Positions 1 through 8,451 of a stretch of 64,000 bases of DNA are shown one piece after another; the stretch's first letter is position 1; every line of letters starts with the position of its first letter. The position numbers and the translations under genes are program-made. Origin of the DNA: Nitrosopumilaceae archaeon (lineage in GTDB: Archaea; Thermoproteota; Nitrososphaeria; Nitrososphaerales; Nitrosopumilaceae); assembly GCA_965209085.1 (NCBI GenBank), contig OZ242376.1, positions 576,001 to 640,000 of the forward strand, written 5' to 3'. The notes beneath the pieces are model-generated. The model saw only the letters and a program-made list of their open reading frames with translations. It made no database searches and was not told the origin of the DNA.

Positions 1-95
1 CATCTTTTGACAAATTAAAAGGATTATTTGCAGATAGAATTGACACAAAACATTTCGATACAGTGAAATTAATTAAAGAATCTAGAGGATATTAA
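1..95 (+). CDS. 3' end of a small ORF, probable VapB-type antitoxin (partial, starts upstream of window)
   Basis: Frame from position 3 reads SFDKLKGLFADRIDTKHFDTVKLIKESRGY* (TAA 93-95), ending 1 bp before the TTG of the PIN gene. The 'D-x-V-K-L-I-K-E-S-R' tail resembles archaeal VapB C-termini; the call rests mainly on position. Confidence 0.55.
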   Translation, partial: SFDKLKGLFADRIDTKHFDTVKLIKESRGY

Positions 96-96
96 A

Positions 97-681
97 TTGA
101 TAAAGTCATATTTGGATGCAAATGTGCTGTTGGGAATAACTTTAAATAAAAAGAATGAATGTGGGCAATACACATTAGCTACTAAAATATTTGATGAGAT
201 AAAGTCTGGACAAAGACATGCGGTAATTTCATCTCTTACATTAACGGAAATTCTTTTTGTTTTAAAAACATATTTCGGTAAAAATGAATCCGAGTTAATG
301 GGTCGTTCTAATGATGAACGAATTGAATATGTAAATGAACAAAGTAAAAAAATGTATGATAAATTAACATCCAAACTTTTACAATTACCCAACGTTAAAT
401 TTGATGATGGGAATAATATGGATTCAAAAAAACTATTTGATAATGCGCTAGAAATAATGAAAAATGTTAAAGGAAAAATAAAAAGTCTTAATCAATGTCA
501 GCAATGCGGTGCAGATAATGTAAAAAATTACAAGTTCAAAGGTGCCGGAGTTGATGATATCTTACATGCGTTAATGGCAAAAAATATGGGGTGTGATGAA
601 TTAATTACATTTGATAAGGATTATGATGAATTGGATGATTTTGACGAGTTTAAATCATTGTCAATCAAAGTTTGTAAATGA
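97..681 (+). CDS. PIN-domain protein (VapC-like toxin/ribonuclease)
   Basis: PIN acidic motifs YLDANV, SLTLTEIL, GVDDILHALMA, LITFDKDY; TTG start; AT-rich; CQQC insertion makes it longer than typical VapC. Confidence 0.85.
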   Translation: MIKSYLDANVLLGITLNKKNECGQYTLATKIFDEIKSGQRHAVISSLTLTEILFVLKTYFGKNESELMGRSNDERIEYVNEQSKKMYDKLTSKLLQLPNVKFDDGNNMDSKKLFDNALEIMKNVKGKIKSLNQCQQCGADNVKNYKFKGAGVDDILHALMAKNMGCDELITFDKDYDELDDFDEFKSLSIKVCK

Positions 682-952
682 TAATTTAATTTTGGCATGG
701 CACTATATCCCATATACTGCAAAGCATTAATTTGTTTAAAAAAACCATCAATATTATCATAATATGATAAATGTAAAAAGCATAATCATTTCTGAACGTC
801 ATTTTGAATTTAAACGAATTTATGATATGCTGTATGGCAAACGTATTTTTTTCATAAAGTAATGAACGAAATGTTCAATGTTGAACTTGAATGGTTTTAA
901 AAATTCAACTGTTTTTTCTCCTGATATTGGGAAAACTGCATGACAAATTTAG

Positions 953-959
953 TTTAAAT
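953..959 (+). promoter_or_regulatory. Putative archaeal TATA box for DHH gene
   Basis: TTTAAAT 24-30 bp upstream of ATG 983, typical spacing for a leaderless archaeal transcript. Confidence 0.45.
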
Positions 960-982
960 GAGGCTGTACGGGAGTTTTTTTC

Positions 983-2002
983 ATGGTTGCGGCAAAAAAA
1001 ACCACAAAGAAAAAACCAGTTAAATCCCTTACAATATGCATCTCGCACAAAGAGGATGCAGACGGGATTAGCTCAGCTGCCCTCATAAAACAGGCATTTG
1101 GAGGCAAAACCATACTTGTGGATTATCCAGGACAAATGGAGGCCATTGAGGAGATTGCCAAAAATGAAAAACTAAAGGCACTGTACATTTGCGATTTGGG
1201 ATTAAACCGGCAAACACAGGATAGATTCTCTGAGATACTAGAAGCTCTTAAAAAAAGACGCGTAACTGTAACGTATGTGGATCATCATGATTTGGACCCA
1301 AAGATAAAGCGCCGTCTTTTAGCAGCCAAAGTCAACGTCATACACGATACATCAGAGTGCGCCTCTGTTCTAGTATATGATGCATTTTCAAAAAAACTCA
1401 ACGCACATGCGCCATTTATCGCAGCGTGCGCGGCAGTAACTGACTATATGGATGATAAACCCATTGGATCAAAACTGCTTGCAATGTATGACAGGCAGTT
1501 TGTTTTGGCAAATGCAACCGCCCTTACATACAATATAGTGGGGCATCAAAAAGAGATGGAATTTTTAACAAATTTGGTAAAGACGCTTGCCTCATCAAAG
1601 TATCCGCATGAAATTAAAGGATTCTTTGATTTTGCCCAGATACAGGTGGAAAAACTTGGAAACATCATAGATATAGTGCGCAAAAAAATGAAAATATCAA
1701 GCAACCTTGCCCACATGGAAGTTAAAGACATGGGAGCTAGCGGTGCTGTAAATTTCGTACTGGGACTTTCCGGCAAAAATGTCGGAATTGCATACAAAAA
1801 TAGGGCGGATCGTGGAATATATACAATTTCAATAAGAGGCTCTGCTTCATGCAAAGTGCATCTTGGACGGCTGGTAAACCGCACCGTGGGAGAATTTGGC
1901 GGTTCTGGCGGAGGTCATGACAAGGCATGCGGCGCTACAATTCCAAAAGATAAAATTGGCGCATTCATAAAATCTATGAATAAAAATCTCTCCAAAGCCT
2001 AA
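983..2002 (+). CDS. DHH/DHHA1 family phosphoesterase (RecJ-like)
   Basis: Motifs SHKEDADG, ICDLG, YVDHHD and C-terminal DHHA1 GGGHDKACGA. Confidence 0.92.
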   Translation: MVAAKKTTKKKPVKSLTICISHKEDADGISSAALIKQAFGGKTILVDYPGQMEAIEEIAKNEKLKALYICDLGLNRQTQDRFSEILEALKKRRVTVTYVDHHDLDPKIKRRLLAAKVNVIHDTSECASVLVYDAFSKKLNAHAPFIAACAAVTDYMDDKPIGSKLLAMYDRQFVLANATALTYNIVGHQKEMEFLTNLVKTLASSKYPHEIKGFFDFAQIQVEKLGNIIDIVRKKMKISSNLAHMEVKDMGASGAVNFVLGLSGKNVGIAYKNRADRGIYTISIRGSASCKVHLGRLVNRTVGEFGGSGGGHDKACGATIPKDKIGAFIKSMNKNLSKA

Positions 2003-2454
2003 ATACGTACACGCACTAGCGCATCAATTTCTGTCATTGAACCAAATGGTAATGACTGCACACCAACTGCAATACGAGTATGTTTTCCTTTTTCTGCAAA
2101 TATCTCATATATGAGATTGGATGCGGCATCAATTACTTTGGGGTGTGCTGTAAACTCTGGCTGTGAATTTACAAATCCGTTTATGCGAATTATTTGCACA
2201 ATTTTCTCAAGTGAGCCAAGATTCTTTTCTAGCTGGGCAAGTATGTTTATTGTACACAGTTTAGCTGACTCTCTTGCCTCATCAATGTTGGAATCTCCAA
2301 CTTTGCCCGAATACACTATCTTACCATCAGATATGGGTATCTGCCCTGAGACGTATGCTGTATTATCCTCAATTATAACTGGCACATATGCGCCTGCCGG
2401 CTCTGGCGGATTTGGCAGCGTTATGCCCATTTTTTTGAGATTTTCATATATCAT
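1999..2454 (-). CDS. RidA/YjgF/UK114 family protein (enamine/imine deaminase)
   Basis: PAGAYVP, AYVSGQIP, GKHTRIAVGVQSLP...EID; convergent 4-bp overlap with DHH gene; TATAAAA on the minus strand ~25-31 bp upstream. Confidence 0.92.
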   Translation of the reverse strand: MIYENLKKMGITLPNPPEPAGAYVPVIIEDNTAYVSGQIPISDGKIVYSGKVGDSNIDEARESAKLCTINILAQLEKNLGSLEKIVQIIRINGFVNSQPEFTAHPKVIDAASNLIYEIFAEKGKHTRIAVGVQSLPFGSMTEIDALVRVRI

Positions 2455-2595
2455 GTACTGTACGGGGGGATTTGGGGATTTTATATCTGATGAATATTTG
2501 CGCTTTAATGCTGTATTTCATATATATGCAATTTTCCAGATTCTGTAAAGTTATCGGCATCTAGGCATGAAATATGGGAAGGGCGTACCATATAG

Positions 2596-3179
2596 TCGTT
2601 TAAAAAATTCGCACCCGGCAGAGGCGGTGGCGAGATGTATCTTGATGTCACGTTTATGCAAGTTCAAAGACCGCAGGAGAACCAAGAGGCAGTATACTCT
2701 GGAAAGCGCAAGAGGCACGCATACAACGTACAGATAACCTCCAACAAGGATGGGCTGGTACTTGACATTGGCGGACCTGAAGAGGGCTCCGCACACGACA
2801 TGGAGGTACTGTGGCACAATCTGCCAAACTTTGGCAAATGGACCGATGGTATGAAAAACTCTGATACAAACAAAGAGCGACAAATTATGCTATATACTGA
2901 CAAGGGATATCTGTCCGTGGAAAAAGACTATCCTGGAATTATCTCAAAGCAGCCGTACAAAAAACCAAAGGGCAGGGGATTGACAGAGACAGAACGTGAA
3001 TACAGCAAGAGGATCAGTCGTAAGCGCATAAAAGTAGAGCATGCCATAAACTGGCTCAAATGGTTCCGTAGAATGAGTGCTGTATATGATGATACAATGG
3101 ATGCGTTTTATACAGAATCCAAGTGGTTACAGGACTGACCAATCTGCACATCATGTTAAAGGATCGCAAGTATACGTAA
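2596..3179 (+). pseudogene. IS5-family (DDE_Tnp_4-type) transposase remnant, 5'-truncated and frameshifted
   Basis: D-x-T..VQRP..YSGKRKRHAYNVQ, SAHD, YTDKGY, RIKVEHAI motifs. After a frameshift near 3116 another frame gives IQVVTGLTNLHIMLKDRKYT* (TAA 3177-3179). In-frame TAG at 2593; no N-terminal HTH. Confidence 0.85.
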
Positions 3180-3420
3180 CCGTTGGAAAAAGTTTGCCCT
3201 CAAATCAAATAGCACATCTTTGTGCATACAGTCACGCATAATATTCTGCTTTTTGTCATGCATGTGACATTTTGATTTATTTTGTTGTTTGCTTGAAGGT
3301 TTTAGGTCATGTGTACTTTGATCATGACAGCGTCATAGTCGGAACCGTGTGTCTCAGTGATTGATTATGCATAAGGCCTAATGTATAAAGAAATAAATAA
3401 GAACATCATAGTCAATAATT

Positions 3421-3714
3421 ATGAGTCGTGATTCAATAATTCAAGATATTAAAAATCATATAAAGACCAATGGAGATAGCCCGTCTGATTGGTATGTCGG
3501 CATAACATCATCTACAGATCAGCGTTTGTTTGTAGAACATAACGTTGATAAAAAAAATGATGCTTGGATTCTTAAAGAATCTGATACTGAAAACATCGCT
3601 AGAGAAGTTGAAAAATATTTCACAGAGGAATTTGGAACTAAGGGTGATCAAGGTGGAGGGATCAATCCATGTTATGTATATGCCTATAAAATAACGGATC
3701 ATAGTAAACCATAA
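3421..3714 (+). CDS. Small hypothetical protein with GIY-YIG-like motifs in permuted order
   Basis: Intact 97-aa ORF with WYVGITSSTDQRLFVEH, AREVEKYF, GGG and C-terminal YVYAY; AT-rich upstream region. Confidence 0.75.
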   Translation: MSRDSIIQDIKNHIKTNGDSPSDWYVGITSSTDQRLFVEHNVDKKNDAWILKESDTENIAREVEKYFTEEFGTKGDQGGGINPCYVYAYKITDHSKP

Positions 3715-3989
3715 TTATTTTCAAATTAATTGTAAATATGTAACTAGCATTTTGTATCAAAGTTTGCCATTTATTCGTATGAGGTCAACTATTAAACGAT
3801 ATTAGAGTTTATCCATGTGAATAGGTCATGTCACAACCTACCTAATTCTGACATTTTGACTAAAACGATATTAAAATATTCAATTTGGCGACAATTTTGA
3901 TTCCAAAGATTTAGATCATCCTACAAAGTGGACGAATTATGAGAAACACCCACGGAGATGATTCACTATGAATAAAAAACACTGTAATA

Positions 3990-4703
3990 AAAACATTGAA
4001 TGCAGAGACCAAAGAAGTGGATAAAAAAAGGATTGCCGAGAAAAACCTGAAAAACCGTGCTGCACCATATTGTTTGGTCATGTGAGCTAGTTTGCAGTAG
4101 GCGTTCAGGATGAATGTATAATAAAATACGATTCATTATCCGGCAAGAAACTCTGGATTGAAAAAAGCAAAAATTGTTACGTAAAATCCACAGGTTCTCA
4201 CAAAAAAGTTGTTGTCTTTGGAGTACTCTTATCTGATGGCAGGCAGATGTTTGCAAGCTTTGATTTGTTTGATTGATGCAAAATCATTTCTCAAATTTTT
4301 AAAAATGGCTCATCAAAAATTTGGAAAAATTTGCATGATTGTGGATAGAGCTGTACAACACAGAAAATCCAAAATTATTAAAAAATATATCTCCGAGAAC
4401 AAAGATGAGATAAAGCTTTTGTTTTTCCCAAAAAGTTCACCGTTTCTGAGTGCCATTGAAGAATGCTGGCATCAGACCAAACGTGCGTTGGCCGTCTCTG
4501 AATATTATGAAACATTTGAGAATATAAAATACGCAATTTCAGGATATTTTAGAACTGTACGATTCAAAGTATCAATAATAAACCGTATGCATAATCGTTC
4601 AAATCGGTCATTTTTATTCGTAAAAATTGTGAATTTGACCCATTATGCATACGCTCTAATGGATTTTATTATGAGAAAATCTGCAGATTGCAGTTACTTT
4701 TGA
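3990..4703 (+). pseudogene. IS630-family (DDE_3) transposase remnant
   Basis: Upstream frame VQDECIIKYDS..KLWIEK..TGSHKKVVVFGVL..DGRQMF, frameshift near 4270, then IVDRAVQH, LLFFPKSSPFLSAIEECW (DDE_3 signature). Boundaries approximate. Confidence 0.85.
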
Positions 4704-4838
4704 TCCGCAATATACATCATCATTCATAGTGGAATGGACCCAATAAAGTAAGACTGGTCAAAGTGAAACGTTTTTCACATCAGATGATGGAGGCAATCTC
4801 ATGAAAAAACCCTGTCTTGTTCTACAGGTATAAGCACC

Positions 4839-5009
4839 AAGAGAATTGATACGCCAATAATAGACGGCATGAGAGTGTATTATAATTTCACTAAAAAGCA
4901 TGGTGGGCTGAAAGGCAAAACTCCAGCAAAAGCTTCAAACATCAAAGTTGCTAGATTAAACAAATGGCAAACTTTGATACAAAATGCTAGTTTGCATAGT
5001 TATGAATAA
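4839..5009 (+). pseudogene. C-terminal fragment of a DDE-type integrase/transposase of the kind common in Nitrosopumilaceae
   Basis: Frame from 4848 reads DTPIIDGMRVYYNFTKKHGGLKGKTPAKASNIKVARLNKWQTLIQNASLHSYE* (YYN..H..L.GKTPA integrase-core terminus). Not in the ORF track. Confidence 0.75.
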
Positions 5010-5012
5010 AAG

Positions 5013-5384
5013 TTATTCGCTAGATTCATATTTTCGTTTCAATTTAGTTATTTCCAATTTTAATTCAGCAACATCGATTCCCTCATCTTCTAGAAATTTA
5101 TGTATCTCTGGAATTAATGCGGTTTGTTTTTCAGTTCCGATTAATCGTGTTTCAATACTGGCAGTTTGTTTCACAGTGATGCCTACTTTTAATTCAATTT
5201 TATCGAGTCGATCTGCAATATCGTCAAATCTTCTAGCTACATAATCAAGATTGCGATTTGTTATGGAGACATTTTCTTTCAATCCAATTTGTATTTGGAG
5301 TATATTTTCATCACTTTTTGCACCTAATTTTAACATGTTTCCCATTATATCTATTAATTTCACCATTACATCATCTGTTTTCAT
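5013..5384 (-). CDS. Hypothetical coiled-coil protein (probable mobile-element passenger)
   Basis: Intact 123-aa ORF with heptad pattern (LDYVARRFDDIADRLDKIELKV), TTATTAATA ~20-30 bp upstream, stop 3 bp from the stop of the integrase fragment. Confidence 0.7.
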   Translation of the reverse strand: MKTDDVMVKLIDIMGNMLKLGAKSDENILQIQIGLKENVSITNRNLDYVARRFDDIADRLDKIELKVGITVKQTASIETRLIGTEKQTALIPEIHKFLEDEGIDVAELKLEITKLKRKYESSE

Positions 5385-5490
5385 ATGGTGATATAGTTCA
5401 TTTCTATTAATAAGAGTTACTTAACATGATTCGTATTGGACCAGCATCTAGTACTATTTTACGTCTACATCTTCATTTACTGCATAAATT

Positions 5491-5569
5491 CTAGGCATGA
5501 GATGACCTCGAATGAACTAGATCTAAAATTTACAAAGTTGGTAATTCAGAGATCCGCATTCATGCCTAG
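5491..5569. mobile_element. 79-bp MITE-like element with perfect 10-bp terminal inverted repeats
   Basis: CTAGGCATGA (5491-5500) ... TCATGCCTAG (5560-5569); the same 10-mer occurs at 2561-2570 just upstream of the IS5 remnant. Confidence 0.5.
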
Positions 5570-5803
5570 CACCAGATAACTCTAGAACCTGAATCCGCCC
5601 CACAATATTGGACCCATCTTTAGGGTGCAAAAGTGATCTTTACCTGCACCCATAAACTGACTATAGCTCTTCTGCACGAGCACTCCATATGATCCCGATC
5701 TGGCAAAAAACCTCCAAAATCTGCCCCCTCTGATGAGATCCTGAATTTGTAAAGCGGTAATTAGTCACGCATATAAGACTGTCAAATATAGTCATGATGT
5801 AAA

Positions 5804-6946
5804 ATGCCCCAATCTGGTATTGTAAAGTATAACGTAAAACTCTCATACGAGGTAGATGGTCTTGTAGAGCGTGCAGACATTATAGGTGCCATATTCGGAC
5901 AAACCGAAGGACTGCTTAGTCCTGAAATGAATCTAAACGAGCTGCAGCGCATATCCAAAGTGGGACGAATCGAGGTGCGATCAAAATCAACGACAAATAC
6001 CACAACAGGTCATGCAATCATACCAATGAGTACTGACATTGACACATGCTCTTTAATCTCAGCTGCAGTAGAGGGAATAGACAAAGTGGGACCGTTTGAC
6101 TGTAAGTTTAGCCTTGTGGCAATTGATGATGTACGTGCGGCAAAAAGGGATGATATTGTAAAAAGGGCAAAGGAGATAAAACGCAAATGGAAGACAAAGG
6201 CAATCAGCGAGGGCGATATCATGCTAAAAGATGTCCACGAAGGGGGAGCTGGGCGCATACAATCGTACGGATCATCAAAGCTGCCGTGCGGTTCCGGCGT
6301 TGAATCTTCTAGCTGGATAATACTTGTCGAAGGAAGGGCTGATATCATAAATTTGCTGCGCTCAGGGTATGATAATGCAATCGCAATCCAGGGGGCAAAG
6401 ATTGATGAATCAATTGTCGGTTTGTGTGAGAAAAAAGACAAAGTTGTCGCTTTCCTTGACGGGGACCGTGCGGGCGGATTTATCCTAAAAGAGTTAAAAT
6501 CCCTAGTAAACATTGACGTGGAACTGCAAGCTGATCCTGGAATTGAAGTTGAAGAGTTAACCCCTGAGAGAATTTCTGAAATTTTGGATCCTGTGGCAAA
6601 AAACATGATAGATGGGGAGGGCAAACCTGTTGGCGTAAAAGCTGATGGAGAATTGGCAGAAACTGTCTCCAAAATATACGAATCAATAAACGGCTCACTT
6701 GAAGCTGTGGCAATCTCATCTGAGGGTGAGGAGTTGTTCCGTACCCCCATTAGTGATCTTGTAAAGAAAATAACAGACCAGTCGGGAATAAAATACCTCA
6801 TACTAGATGGTATTATAACACAGAGGCTGTATGATAAGACCCGGGATGCTGGCATTGACTCCATAGTGGGCCACCGCATTGCAAACGTTACCAGCGATTC
6901 AGAGATGGTCTTAAAGACATTTTCTGATTTGGGCATCGAATCCTAA
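5804..6946 (+). CDS. dnaG: Archaeal DnaG-type primase (exosome-associated)
   Basis: GAIFGQTEGLL, ELQRISKVGRIEV, TOPRIM LVEGRADIINL and FLDGDRAG, C-terminal DGIITQRL. Confidence 0.96.
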   Translation: MPQSGIVKYNVKLSYEVDGLVERADIIGAIFGQTEGLLSPEMNLNELQRISKVGRIEVRSKSTTNTTTGHAIIPMSTDIDTCSLISAAVEGIDKVGPFDCKFSLVAIDDVRAAKRDDIVKRAKEIKRKWKTKAISEGDIMLKDVHEGGAGRIQSYGSSKLPCGSGVESSSWIILVEGRADIINLLRSGYDNAIAIQGAKIDESIVGLCEKKDKVVAFLDGDRAGGFILKELKSLVNIDVELQADPGIEVEELTPERISEILDPVAKNMIDGEGKPVGVKADGELAETVSKIYESINGSLEAVAISSEGEELFRTPISDLVKKITDQSGIKYLILDGIITQRLYDKTRDAGIDSIVGHRIANVTSDSEMVLKTFSDLGIES

Positions 6947-6947
6947 A

Positions 6948-7622
6948 TTGACAAAATTAAAGACGCATCATATTTTAGCAATTGCCCATCTATTATCTGT
7001 TGGGGCAAAATCTGATTTTATAAAAATAGATACAAAATCCCTTGGCCATGCCATAGGCCGCTCACAACAGTCAGCATCCTCATACCTTGTAGAATTGGAA
7101 AAATCCAAATACATTGTACGTAAATTTCATGGCGGTAAAACCTGCATAATGATTACAAACAAAGGCATCCTACAGGTGAGGGAGCTCTCATCTGTACTCT
7201 TAAAGTCACTTGATTCAAAAAAAGCAAATCTTGTGCTTGCCGGTACGATAACCTCAGGTCTTGGCGAGGGTGCATACTATATGTCCCTGAAAGAATACGT
7301 ATTACAGTTTAAAGATAAGATAGGATATACCCCATACCCTGGAACTTTGAACATAAAACTAGAGGATGTATCTGGCTCAAAGATGCTAAATATGCTCACC
7401 ACTAGGGAGCCTGATGCTGTAATTGACGGATTCTCAGATGGCAAGCGGACATACGGCTGGGTAAAATGCTACAAATGCACCATACATGCCAAAAAATGCC
7501 ATCTTGTACGGCTAGAGCGTACGCACCACAAGGAGGGACTAGCTGAGATAATATCTGAAACAAACCTGCGGCGTGTATGCAAACTAGATCATGGCTTGAT
7601 CAAAATAGTATTTGCAGATTAA
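6948..7622 (+). CDS. ribK: CTP-dependent riboflavin kinase with N-terminal HTH (RbkR-type)
   Basis: HTH (LGHAIGRSQQSASSYLVELE), SGLGEGAYY, PYPGTLN, ERTHH, EIIS..LR; TTG start 1 bp after dnaG stop. Confidence 0.93.
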   Translation: MTKLKTHHILAIAHLLSVGAKSDFIKIDTKSLGHAIGRSQQSASSYLVELEKSKYIVRKFHGGKTCIMITNKGILQVRELSSVLLKSLDSKKANLVLAGTITSGLGEGAYYMSLKEYVLQFKDKIGYTPYPGTLNIKLEDVSGSKMLNMLTTREPDAVIDGFSDGKRTYGWVKCYKCTIHAKKCHLVRLERTHHKEGLAEIISETNLRRVCKLDHGLIKIVFAD

Positions 7623-8191
7623 ATGCCGTGTATCTTTGTATCATATTGGGTTTTAATCTTAGAGCTTGACATACTAGGCATCGGGGACTGGAGCCGTGCC
7701 ACGCTAACCTGAAGTCCCATCTTTGTGCACCCGTCAAGTATGGCCTTTTCCTGATGTCTCTGATCATACCCAAGAGCTATAACGTCCGGATTTATTATTT
7801 TAACAGTCTCAAAGATGCTCTCCTCGCTTCCCACAATGCATATGTCCACCATGTTTAATGATGAGACTAAATTTTGGCGCTGCTCTTTTGTATGAAGGGG
7901 TTTGCGTTTTTTTGCCTTTTCTGCCATAGTATCAGTTGCAACCACCACTGCTAGAACATCGCCTAAATTTTTGGCCTCATTTAGCGTGTGAATGTGCCCA
8001 GGATGTATTATATCAAATACTCCCCCGGCTAGAATTACCCGAATATGGGATCTGCCAAGTTTTGTAATTTTACCATTTTCTATCAATCCTGCCTTTGTGA
8101 GATGTTTTGTCTCCTCTATTGACATGTTGTTTTGTCCCCCAAATGAGGCTGAAACTATGCCCGCGAGCAGCTTTTTTTCATTATATCCCAT
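7619..8191 (-). CDS. ribL: FAD synthase (cytidylyltransferase family)
   Basis: GGVFDIIHPGH (HxGH), VVATD, LGYDQ, SSSKIK. Start placed at ATG 8191 (MGYNEKK) with TTAAAAA ~25-31 bp upstream, because the ORF-track start 8293 overlaps the stop of an IS1595 remnant. Confidence 0.85.
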   Translation of the reverse strand: MGYNEKKLLAGIVSASFGGQNNMSIEETKHLTKAGLIENGKITKLGRSHIRVILAGGVFDIIHPGHIHTLNEAKNLGDVLAVVVATDTMAEKAKKRKPLHTKEQRQNLVSSLNMVDICIVGSEESIFETVKIINPDVIALGYDQRHQEKAILDGCTKMGLQVSVARLQSPMPSMSSSKIKTQYDTKIHGI

Positions 8192-8289
8192 GTATGATGC
8201 TTGAAAAGACCGTGTTTTTAATTCATCGTATTGTTTTAGTTTAAGATGATTATAAACCAGATTCTCCCAAACAATAATCTGCAAGTTGA

Positions 8290-8451
8290 TCATATGCGCG
8301 ATTTTTCATGCAGGTAATCTGCCAAAATATTGAATCTATTCTTGTCCCTGTTGCTATATCTCCATTCCATCTCTTTGATGTATAATGGAAACTTGTCAGA
8401 TTTCATTCCATGATGCTTTGCCAAATTTTGTTTTGCATAGCTCTAAAAACC
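8290..8451 (-). pseudogene. IS1595-family transposase C-terminal fragment
   Basis: Minus strand reads GF*SYAKQNLAKHHGMKSDKFPLYIKEMEWRYSNRDKNRFNILADYLHEKSRI* (FWS..K..L..HHG....F.LY.KE.EWRYN signature with W changed to TAG); cut exactly at the IS66 left end. Confidence 0.82.

Noticed and set aside
5580-5760. Possible ncRNA or tRNA upstream of dnaG
   Set aside because: I could not find a cloverleaf or a convincing conserved stem-loop by eye; left unannotated.
6010-6936. 308-aa minus-strand ORF, and similar overlaps at 69-392, 1546-1884, 2111-2548 and 2551-2903
   Set aside because: Antisense to well-supported genes (dnaG, PIN, DHH, RidA, IS5 transposase) with no recognisable motifs.
8192-8293. 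N-terminal extension of RibL as given in the ORF track
   Set aside because: The upstream ATG overlaps the stop codon of the IS1595 remnant; ATG 8191 has a TATA-like box at the expected spacing.
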